Position numbers and translations under genes: made by a program
NCBI GenBank assembly: GCA_018402455.1
Contig: JAGYIG010000001.1
Location: forward strand, 148,164 to 212,163
Direction: 5' to 3'
From: Opitutaceae bacterium
GTDB taxonomy: Bacteria; Verrucomicrobiota; Verrucomicrobiia; Opitutales; Opitutaceae
DNA length: 64,000 bases
Shown: piece after piece, positions 9,463 to 18,100 of the stretch
How positions within the stretch are numbered: position 1 is the first letter of the stretch
How the letters are laid out: each line of letters opens with the position of its first letter
The notes under the pieces: model-generated
The model's input: the letters and a program-made list of their open reading frames with translations, nothing else
What the model was told of the DNA's origin: nothing
Database searches by the model: none

Positions 9463-10323
9463 CTAGCCGTAGAACAGCGTCGACCAGCGCCCCTGTTCGA
9501 TCATCTCGGCTTTGACGGCCTCCCAGACTTCGAGGGTGCCGGCAGCATCGGTGAACACTTGGTCGAGGTCCTCTTCCAGCCGGGACAGCCCGGAAATATA
9601 GACGTGAGTCTTGGGGTCTTGGATCAGGTCCCACGCCTCGGCGGCGTTGTCCGCGATGGTGGAGGAGATATCAACCGGCACGTCGAAGTGCGGGCGCGGG
9701 CTGAGCGCCTCAAACGCCTTGAACGTGGCCTCGTCGTAGTAGGTCGCGAGGTCACCGTTCTTGTCGTTGAGGTAGAGCAAGTCCATGCCGGTCTTGGCGC
9801 CGTAAAAGAGACGGATCTTACCCTGCCATTCCTGACGGTCCTCGTAGATGTGTTTGAGGAAGGCGCGGAACGGGGCGATGCCGGTGCCGACACCGATCAT
9901 GAGCAGATTGCAGGTGGGGTCCCGGGGCGGCATGAAGTGCCGTCCGTAGGGACCGGTCATCCGGATTTGGTCGCCGGGTCGGGCATCGCAAAGGTGATGG
10001 GAGACCACCCCGGGGTGCCGTTCGCCACTGATGTCATCAATGAGGAAGCACCGGCGCACGCAGAGGGAAATCTCGGCGGCATCCTCGGCTTCTCCCCGGC
10101 GGGAGCTGGCGATCGAGTAGAGGCGCAGGTAGTTCTCGTTGCCAAAAACGGGCGGCGCCTCGACGAGCACGCCGACGCTCTGGCCTTCGATGAATTGGAA
10201 TGACGGATGATGGATGCGCAGGTTGATGTGGCGGACCTCATCGGTGTTTTCGTCGGTGATCCTTTCGGACTTCGTGACGGTCGCGGTGAAAGGGTTGCTG
10301 ATGTCGTATTCGGTGAGTTTCAT
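9463..10323 (-). CDS. Ferredoxin-NADP+ reductase (plant-type FNR fold)
   Basis: RLYSIASS, SLCVRR, GVVSHHLC, MTGPYG, GTGIAPFRAFL, LFYGAK, YISG. Confidence 0.88.
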   Translation of the reverse strand: MKLTEYDISNPFTATVTKSERITDENTDEVRHINLRIHHPSFQFIEGQSVGVLVEAPPVFGNENYLRLYSIASSRRGEAEDAAEISLCVRRCFLIDDISGERHPGVVSHHLCDARPGDQIRMTGPYGRHFMPPRDPTCNLLMIGVGTGIAPFRAFLKHIYEDRQEWQGKIRLFYGAKTGMDLLYLNDKNGDLATYYDEATFKAFEALSPRPHFDVPVDISSTIADNAAEAWDLIQDPKTHVYISGLSRLEEDLDQVFTDAAGTLEVWEAVKAEMIEQGRWSTLFYG

Positions 10324-10568
10324 AACAGGTCTTTCTCGGTCGAGGCGGAGGTTTGAGGGGAGGATTTAAAGGCTTTGAGCAGTTTCTTTTTCGGGCACTG
10401 GTTGGTGTCGCGGCACAGGCAGATCAGGCTGCAGCCGCCGCCCTCCTCGCGGGCGGGCCCCAGCTCGGCGTGGCGCGCGGCGAAGCGGCGGGCGGCCTGC
10501 TGCACCAGGATCCAGCCCAGCAGGGCCAGGAAGATCAGGGCGATGGCAATGAGGGTGTTGAGGATCAT
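10320..10568 (-). CDS. Small single-TM protein with Cys cluster
   Basis: 82 aa; N-terminal TM, GGGCSLICLCRDTNQC; stop overlaps the FNR start (ATGA); starts 4 nt after the rnfA stop. Confidence 0.65.
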   Translation of the reverse strand: MILNTLIAIALIFLALLGWILVQQAARRFAARHAELGPAREEGGGCSLICLCRDTNQCPKKKLLKAFKSSPQTSASTEKDLL

Positions 10569-10572
10569 GGCA

Positions 10573-11154
10573 TTAACCTCCCAATCCGGCGAAGCCCATG
10601 AAGGTGAGGGACAGCAGTCCGGCGATCATCAGGCTGAGAGCAGCCTGGGTGACGGTGTCGGGCACGTCGGCGAGTTCGAGTTTCTCGCGCAGCCCGGCCA
10701 TGAGGACGAGGGCGAGGGTGAAGCCGGCGCCGGCGCCGAGGCTGAAGGCGAGGCACTGGGTGAAGTCGTATTCCCGGTTCGTCTGAAACAGCGCGAGACC
10801 GAGGATGGCGCAATTGGTGGTGATCAACGGCAGGAAGATGCCGAGGGTCCGGAACAGGGCCGGGCTGAATTTTTTGACAAACATCTCCACCAGTTGCACC
10901 GCCGAGGCGATGACCGCGATGTAGCTGATCAGACGCAGGAACTCCAAGTCGAAGCGCACCAGCAGGTGGTTGATGCCGAAGGCGCAAACCGAGCTCACGA
11001 GCATGACAAAGATGACGGCCAGGCCCATGTTCCAGGCGGTCTTCACCTTGCCGGAAACGCCGAGGAACGGGCACAGCCCGAGGAACATCGCCAGGACGAA
11101 ATTATTGATCAAAAACGCGTTGAGGAAAATGAAGGCGTGGGAGTCAGGCGACAT
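10573..11154 (-). CDS. rnfA: Rnf complex subunit A
   Basis: NNFVLAMFLGLCPFLGVS, LGIFLPLITTNCAILG, GLREKL, SLTFMGFAGL. Confidence 0.93.
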   Translation of the reverse strand: MSPDSHAFIFLNAFLINNFVLAMFLGLCPFLGVSGKVKTAWNMGLAVIFVMLVSSVCAFGINHLLVRFDLEFLRLISYIAVIASAVQLVEMFVKKFSPALFRTLGIFLPLITTNCAILGLALFQTNREYDFTQCLAFSLGAGAGFTLALVLMAGLREKLELADVPDTVTQAALSLMIAGLLSLTFMGFAGLGG

Positions 11155-11794
11155 GGGATTCCTCCGGTTTGGCCGCGGTGCGGCGTTTGCGAATCAGCGC
11201 GAACAGGAACAGCCAACCGGCCAGGGCGAAGAAGCCGCCCGGAGGCAGGGCAAAGACGGCCCACGGCTGGAAGCTCGCCCCAAAAAGCTCGAAGCCGAAC
11301 AGGGAGCCGAAGCCCAGAACCTCGCGCACCACGCCGAGGCAGAGCAGGGCGAGGGTGAAGCCCACGCCCATGCCCAGCGCGTTGACGAATGCGTTGGTCA
11401 CCGGGTTCTTCGAGGCATAGGACTCGGCCCGGCCGAGAATCACGCAATTGACCACGATCAACTGAATGAACGCCCCGAGCGCGCGGTGCAGGTCCAGACT
11501 GATGGCCTGGATCGCGTAGTCCACGATCGTGACAAACGTGGCGATGATGATGATGTAGCAGGCGATCCGCACCTGCTTGGGAATGATCTTGCGTAACAAC
11601 GAAACCAATACGCCGGAGCAGAGCAGGACAAAGGTGGTGGCCAGGCCCATGGCGAGGGCGTTGGTGGCGGTGTTGGTCACCGCCAGCACGGGGCACAGGC
11701 CGAGCAACATGACAAAGACCGGGTTTTCCTTCCAGACCCCCTGGGTGAAGGTCGCGAGGGAGAGGGTCTCGGGGGCGCGGGGATCGGTGGCCAT
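11144..11794 (-). CDS. rnfE: Rnf complex subunit E
   Basis: WKENPVFVMLLGLCPVLAVT, FIQLIVVNCVILGRAE, VREVLGFG, PPGGFF. Confidence 0.93.
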   Translation of the reverse strand: MATDPRAPETLSLATFTQGVWKENPVFVMLLGLCPVLAVTNTATNALAMGLATTFVLLCSGVLVSLLRKIIPKQVRIACYIIIIATFVTIVDYAIQAISLDLHRALGAFIQLIVVNCVILGRAESYASKNPVTNAFVNALGMGVGFTLALLCLGVVREVLGFGSLFGFELFGASFQPWAVFALPPGGFFALAGWLFLFALIRKRRTAAKPEESHVA

Positions 11795-12489
11795 TACTCG
11801 TCTCCTTTCCGGGGGGTTAACAGGTGTTGATTGGCGATCAGGGTGGGCAGCATGGCTTGCGCGCTGGTGTTGAGGGCGTTGCCGACCGCGGCGGAGGTGA
11901 TGGTGGCGCCGGAGATGCCATCGATTTCCCAAGCGTTCACCTTGCGACCATTTTTGACCGTGGTGATGGGGTGGGCCAGCGCATCACCGGCGGCGTTGAG
12001 GCTCGCATCGAGTGGGTTGAAGTTCTCTTGGAAGGCGTCGTCGCTCTCGACCTTGTCGCCGATGCCCGGGGTCTCGGAGCTCTGCAAGACGGTGAAGCCG
12101 AGGATGCCCTGTTGAGCGGGATCGTAGGCGTAGAGAATGCGCACCACGTCCTGGTAGCCCCGGGCGGATCCCTCCATGGCGACCCCGACCAGCTGATGGT
12201 CGGCATCGTAGCCGGCGAAGACGTTGGCCTCGGCAAACTGCTCGGCGGGGAGGGGCGTGAGGGCATTTCCCTCGAGTCGGAAATTGGCGTGGGCCGTCGC
12301 GGTGGGGAGCACCTGAAAGATGGCGCGTTCCAGGGCGGCCTGCTGGTTCTTTTTGATGACCGGGGCGGTGACCTGGTAGGTGACGGCCACCAACAGTCCC
12401 GAGATCACGGCGATGGCGGCGAGCGCGGTGATCAGTTTGCGGCTGCTGGGCAGGGCCGGAGCCGGGGGGGGAGGGAAGGCGTCGCTCAT
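11794..12489 (-). CDS. rnfG: Rnf complex subunit G (FMN-binding)
   Basis: N-terminal TM, GYQDVVRIL, ETPGIG, DGISGATITS flavinylation motif. Confidence 0.9.
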   Translation of the reverse strand: MSDAFPPPPAPALPSSRKLITALAAIAVISGLLVAVTYQVTAPVIKKNQQAALERAIFQVLPTATAHANFRLEGNALTPLPAEQFAEANVFAGYDADHQLVGVAMEGSARGYQDVVRILYAYDPAQQGILGFTVLQSSETPGIGDKVESDDAFQENFNPLDASLNAAGDALAHPITTVKNGRKVNAWEIDGISGATITSAAVGNALNTSAQAMLPTLIANQHLLTPRKGDE

Positions 12490-13541
12490 GCGGCGCCTTT
12501 CTTTTTGGGCGCTCCGTAGCGCCGCGGTTGGGTCAGACTGCTGATGAGCGGGGAGCAAGCGTTGGCCAGCAGGATGGCATACATGATCCCTTCGCTGAGT
12601 CCGCCGAACAGCCGAATGATGATGGTGATGAAACCGATCAATCCCCCGTAGATCCACACCCCGAGGGGCGTCACCGGGGACGCCACCATATCAGTGGCCA
12701 TGAAGACCGCGCCGAGCATCAGCCCGCCGGAGCAGAGCATGAAGAGGGGGCCGGGATACTTGTCCCCGTCGATGAGGTAAAAGACCAGGGTGGTGAGGGC
12801 GGCCACGACGAGCACGCTGATCGTCACCCGCACCTCCATCATGCGGCGATAGACGAGGTAGGCGCCGCACAGGAGAATGAGCAAGGCGGAGGTTTCGCCG
12901 GCGGAACCGGCGGTTGAACCCAACAACAGTTGCAGGGAGTCGGTCGGGACCTGTTCGAACTTCATCAACGCCAGCGGGGTCGCGCCGGAAAAGCCGTCGG
13001 GGGCCACGACCTCCAGCCACGGCTGGATCGATTCGGGCCGCAGGAAGGGCAGGGTGAACGTCGAGGGGATGAACGAGGTGAAGCGGTCGGGCGCCAGAAT
13101 GGGCACCCATGTGGTCATCGGCGCGGTGAACGCGGCTTGGGCGAAGGCCCGCCCGATCAGGGCCGGGTTCATGACGTTGTAGCCGAGGCCGCCGAAGAAC
13201 AGCTTGCCGAGTCCGACCCCCGCGACGGAGGCGACCATGGCCATCCACAGGGGAAATCCCGGCGGCAGGGTGAGGGCGAGGAGCAGGCCAGTGATGGTCA
13301 CACTCCAATCGTTGACCGTGGTCGGCCGGTGCGACCAGCGGCAGACCAGATGTTCGACCGCGATACACGTGCCCACGCAGACCAGCACGAGCGCGAGCAC
13401 ACTGATCCCGAACTGGTAGATCGAGAACGCGACGATCGGGAGCAGCGCATAGACGACGTTGCGCATGATCACGTCGACCGTGGGGGTTTCGCGCAGGTGC
13501 GGTGAAGTCCGCAATACGACGTGGTGTCCGGTGGTGCTCAT
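12486..13541 (-). CDS. rnfD: Rnf complex subunit D
   Basis: TSPH, KLFFGGLGYNVMNPALIGR, DGFSGATPL flavinylation motif, GSAGETSA, GAVFMATD. Confidence 0.93.
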   Translation of the reverse strand: MSTTGHHVVLRTSPHLRETPTVDVIMRNVVYALLPIVAFSIYQFGISVLALVLVCVGTCIAVEHLVCRWSHRPTTVNDWSVTITGLLLALTLPPGFPLWMAMVASVAGVGLGKLFFGGLGYNVMNPALIGRAFAQAAFTAPMTTWVPILAPDRFTSFIPSTFTLPFLRPESIQPWLEVVAPDGFSGATPLALMKFEQVPTDSLQLLLGSTAGSAGETSALLILLCGAYLVYRRMMEVRVTISVLVVAALTTLVFYLIDGDKYPGPLFMLCSGGLMLGAVFMATDMVASPVTPLGVWIYGGLIGFITIIIRLFGGLSEGIMYAILLANACSPLISSLTQPRRYGAPKKKGAA

Positions 13542-14911
13542 GAGGCGGCGGCCCTTTCTCGCGCGGCTTGTTCGCGCAGACTGGATTTGGCGATGCGGAA
13601 GTATTGCACCAGCGGGATGCCGCTGGGGCAGACGTAGCTGCAGCAGCCGCACTCAAAACAGTCCATCAAGTGGAAGTCGCCCTGCATCTCCTCGTAGCGG
13701 TGCTTGTGGGCGAGCTTGCCGAGCTGGGAGGGGTTGAGGTGCATCGGACACGCGGCCACGCACTGGGCGCAACTGATGCACGGGTAGCTCACGGCGTCCC
13801 GCTGCTGCTGCTCGAGGATCTGCTCTGTCAACACCAGCAGTCCGCCCGAACCCTTGGTCATGGGCACGGCCAGTGACGCCACCGAGCCGCCCATCATGGG
13901 CCCGCCCATGATCAGGCAATTGGAGGTGCCGGTGAAACCGAGTTGTTTAAGAATGAAGCCAACGGGGGTGCCGATCGGCACGAGGTAGTTGCCCGGTTTT
14001 TCGATGCCCGGTCCGGTCACGGTCACGACGCGTTCGATGACCCCGCGGCTGTGCGGAAACAGGGCTCCGAGCTCGGCGGTGGACGCGACGTTGAACACGC
14101 CGAGACCGACGGATGACGGGAAATTGCCGGAGGGGATTTCGACGCCCATCAGGGCCTTGGCCAACATCTTCTCGGCGCCTTGCGGATACTTGGTGGGCAC
14201 GGCCTGCACGGAGATCGGGCCGTCGGTCGGCAGGTGGGCCTGAATCGCGGCCACGGCGTCCATTTTGTTCTCCTCCGTGCCGATAATCGCGCGCTCCGCG
14301 CCCAGCGCCTTCATCAGGATCTTGGTGCCGCGGATCAGGTCCTCCGGATACTCCAACATCACGCGATGATCGGTGGTGAGAAACGGTTCACACTCGCAGC
14401 CATTGATCAGCACGGTGTGGACGTGGTGGCCTTGCGGGGGCGAGAGCTTCACGTGGGTGGGAAAGGCGGCGCCGCCGAGGCCGACCAGTCCCGTGTCCTG
14501 CACCGCTTGGACGATGGCCTTAGGCTCCATCGTGGTGTAGTCGCGGGGGGCGTCGTAGCGCACCTCCTGGCTGTCGCCGGGATAGACCTCGAGGAGGATG
14601 GACGGCGTGCGCGGCCCCTTGGCGGTGGGCATCAGTTCGATGCGTTTGATGCGTCCGGTGGCGGGGGCATGCAACGGCACCGACATAAAACCGTTGGCCT
14701 TGGCAATGGGTTCGCCGCGCACGACCTCCTGACCGGGATGCACCAGCGACTCCGAGGGGGCCCCGAAGTGCTGCGACAGGGGCAGCACCAACTCCGGCGC
14801 GAACGGCAACCGACGGATCGGCAGGTGCGCGGTGAAGTGCTTGTTCTCCGCGGGATGAATCCCGTGGGAGAACGTGCCGCTCGGGCGCAGGAATTTCAGG
14901 AGATCGAACAC
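13538..14911 (-). CDS. rnfC: Rnf complex subunit C
   Basis: FSHGIHP, LPLSQHFGAP, GLVGLGGAAFPTHVK, INGCECEPFLTTD, CISCAQCVAACP, CFECGCCSYVCP. Confidence 0.94.
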   Translation of the reverse strand: MFDLLKFLRPSGTFSHGIHPAENKHFTAHLPIRRLPFAPELVLPLSQHFGAPSESLVHPGQEVVRGEPIAKANGFMSVPLHAPATGRIKRIELMPTAKGPRTPSILLEVYPGDSQEVRYDAPRDYTTMEPKAIVQAVQDTGLVGLGGAAFPTHVKLSPPQGHHVHTVLINGCECEPFLTTDHRVMLEYPEDLIRGTKILMKALGAERAIIGTEENKMDAVAAIQAHLPTDGPISVQAVPTKYPQGAEKMLAKALMGVEIPSGNFPSSVGLGVFNVASTAELGALFPHSRGVIERVVTVTGPGIEKPGNYLVPIGTPVGFILKQLGFTGTSNCLIMGGPMMGGSVASLAVPMTKGSGGLLVLTEQILEQQQRDAVSYPCISCAQCVAACPMHLNPSQLGKLAHKHRYEEMQGDFHLMDCFECGCCSYVCPSGIPLVQYFRIAKSSLREQAARERAAAS

Positions 14912-14942
14912 GATTTAGTTAGAGCCGAAAGGATGAAACGGG

Positions 14943-15128
14943 TTTGAACCACTGCCGAGCGAAGCGACACCCGCGGAACGGAGAGACAAGGCAATGGACA
15001 CGAATGGCTCCGCTACCGCTACGCGATGGAACGGCTGCCAGTTGAATTCTCTCTCTTGCAAGAACGCGGTGGAGTGGTTCAGCGCCGAACGGTAGTGAGG
15101 CATATTCGTGTCCATTCGTGGTTAAAAA
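14943..15128. repeat. Gene-less (MITE-like) copy of the GxxExxY inverted-repeat element
   Basis: ATTCGTGTCCATTCGTGGTT+AAAAA at 15104-15128 is identical to 8516-8540; the opposite arm is TTTGAACCAC (14943-14952) plus AATGGACACGAAT (14993-15005), split by a 40-nt insert. Confidence 0.75.
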
Positions 15129-15141
15129 ACAGCGCGGTTGG

Positions 15142-18100
15142 TTACTGGAATTTTTCCGCGCGCTTGATGAGCTTGGCGGCGTCCTTTTCGTGGGGGTCGG
15201 CGGGGGTGCCGGGGTGGATGCATTTGCCGGTGCACTTTTCCGCCGCGCGAACGATGTCCTTGAACGGTCCGCCCTTCGGATCCTTTACGAACGCCTTCTT
15301 GTCGCTGTCGTAGGCAAAGATCTTCGGGTTGATGTTGGTGCATTCGTCGCAGGCGGTGCACTCGCTTTGGTCGATCCAAGCGGGTTCGAACCCGGCGGCC
15401 GGAGCCGCGGGGGCCGTCGCCGGGGCCGCGCCGTTGGCAGGAGCGGCTTCCAGCAGGGGAGTCACGCCACCATCGCCAGCCAGCATGGCCATGAGCCCTT
15501 GCGCCAGTTTCTGGGCGGTTTCACTGCGAACCTGTTGGGCGATTTGTTCGGGGTCGACCTTGCCGGTGAGACCGGCGAGACCGCGGAGCGTCCGCCAGTA
15601 GTCGCGGCGTTCCTCGGTGGAGCGCACGATTTCCTGAGCGACCAGCACGCGAACGAGATGGTTCTGCTTGTTCACCGACCAGATGTAGGGGAACCGGCCT
15701 TCGCGATCGTCGGCCGCGAGGTCGATGAATTCGGCGAGGGGCAGCATATTGTCGTTCCAGGTGTCGGGCGGAGCGACGCGGAAGTGCTTGCGGAAGCGGC
15801 CTTCCTGCACCGCGAAGTCGGCGAACGTCATCGGGATCTCCATCTGCTGGGGCGTGCCGTCCTCGTCGAGATAGCTGAGCTGGTAGCTGGGCCAGTCCTC
15901 ATCGATGGCGGGATTGCCCTCCAGCTCGATGCACTCGGCCCACGACTCGCCGGCATCGGGATCGAAGCGGAAGAGCGGATAGGCGCGCGATTCGGTGGCC
16001 ATCTTGCTGCGGAAGGCGGTGGAGTCGTCCGGCACCCCGTGTTCGGGCTGACACACCGCGTAGATGCTGAACAGGGCGGGGCGACGGGAGTTGATGCCGT
16101 CGATGTAGCCCTCGATCAGGTGGGTGACGTTGGCTAGGCTGCCCTGCATGATGAAGGCGGTGCGGTGGGCGGCACCGATGAGCGCCATCTCCTTGCGGGT
16201 CTCGGTCTTGCCCTTCCACGCCTTGCCGTAGGGGGCCATGTCGGAGACCTGACCGATGAAGCCCGAGGTGCAGGCCTGACCCCCGGTGTTGGAATACACC
16301 TGCGTATCCATCACGAAGATCTTGATCGGGCGCCCGGTCATGAGCGCGCGGGAGACGTTCTGGAAGCCGATGTCGAACATGGCGCCGTCGCCGCCGACCG
16401 CGACCACCGGTGGGCTGAGCAGGTATTCCTCGTCCGTGAAGCTTTCCCAATTGAAAACCTCGAGCGATTTTTGGATCGCGCGGAAATCGGTGTCGCCCGC
16501 GATTTCGGCCTCGGCCATGCGGATGGCTTTGAAGCCATCGGCCATTTTGCGCATGTGGCCCTCAAAGATACCGAGGGACACCGAAGCGGCGTCCTGGAAC
16601 AGGTGGTTGGACCACGGGAACGGATATGGATTGTAGGGGAACGAGCCGCCGTAGATGGACGAACACCCGGTGGCGTTCATGAAGCCCAGATGGGCGCGGC
16701 CGGTGTGGGTGATGCCCTCTTCGTAGCGCCATTTGAGGTCCTTCAACTGCGCGAGCAGGTCACTCATCCAAGTGAGCCATTCCTGATCGAGCGGGGTGCC
16801 GGCCTTGCCCTCGTCGAGGGCTCCGGCGAGGTCGGACAGCTTGAGGTCACGATCGCCGCTGCGGCCGAGCACGGCCTTGAGGGCGGACGGATCGCTCACA
16901 TCAAACGTATCGGCCAGCTTGGCCTTCAGGTGGGTCTCGAGTTTGGCGATCAAGGTCCCGAGATATTCGACGTGGGTTTTCACGCGCCGCTGCATCAGCG
17001 CGGTGATCGTGCTGGTGAAGAGGTGCAGGACGGATTTTTCGCCGCAACCGGTGCAGGCGCCGTCGCCGCAGCTGATGGACGAGTAGACCGATTTGTCCAT
17101 GAGCATGGTCTCGAGGGCACCGATCTTTTCGTCGATGTCGTCGATCCGCATGAAGTCCTTGGTCGTGGTCGGCAGGTCCAGCCAGTAGTCCCATTCCTTT
17201 TCCAGCTTCGCGACCGATTGGGGCGTTTGCGGGATGGTGGTAAGGGCGTTGTCATCGCAGACATCCACGCAGAGCATGCAACCCTTGCAGGTGTAGGGAT
17301 TGATGGTGATGGCGTAGAGCCCGCCGGCTCCGGCCGCGACCTTCTCGCGTTGGTCGAAGTAAGGTTTGGTGAAGGCGAATTTGAATTCCCCCATCTCCTC
17401 GCGGAACCATTCGAATTCCTGAATCAAGGTGGCCTGATCGGCGCTGGTTTCGGCGATGGTATCGGAGATCGCGTCCACCAGCAGCGGGCCGACATCGAGG
17501 CTCGGGCCCGAGCGGTTGCCGTTCACGCCATGGGCGGCGGCGCGGAGTTTCTTTTCCACCGTGCGCACGGCCTTGGGTAGCAAGGTGACCTCGTGGCCGG
17601 CCTTTTTGACCCGCTTGATGGTGGCCTCGAAGGCGGCGGAGACCGAGCAAGCCAGACCGGGAATGGCGCTGTCGGGGCAGACCGTGAAGCACTCGCTGCA
17701 GGCCGTGCATTTGGACGGATCCCACACCGGGTGGTTGAACCGGATCTGGGTCATGTTCCGATACAGTCCGGTGTTGGCCGGGATGAGCCCCATGGCGGCA
17801 AACGGATCGGTGATGTGATCGTTGGGCTTGCCGCCCAGATAGAAGCTGCCGGTCTGTTCCCAGAACCGGTGCGTGTCCGTCATGGCATCGTCGCTCTGGG
17901 CGATGCGCTTGAGCATGAGCGGCAGGTTGGTGCGCTGTTTGGGCGAAGCGGCGACGGGGGCGCTGATCGCCATGTTTTCCAGCTTCACGATCTCGTCGAA
18001 CCCGCGTCGCACGACGCGGATGTTGTCCTCGACCACGCGGGCGCCCTTGCTGCCGAATTTTTTCTCAATCTGGTCGTGGATCGCCTTGAAGAGGCTCTCC

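Noticed and set aside
14915-15115. 66-aa ORF starting MDTN, like the GxxExxY protein
   Set aside because: The similarity is limited to residues encoded by the repeat; the rest has no GxxExxY motifs, so it was treated as a by-product of the repeat.
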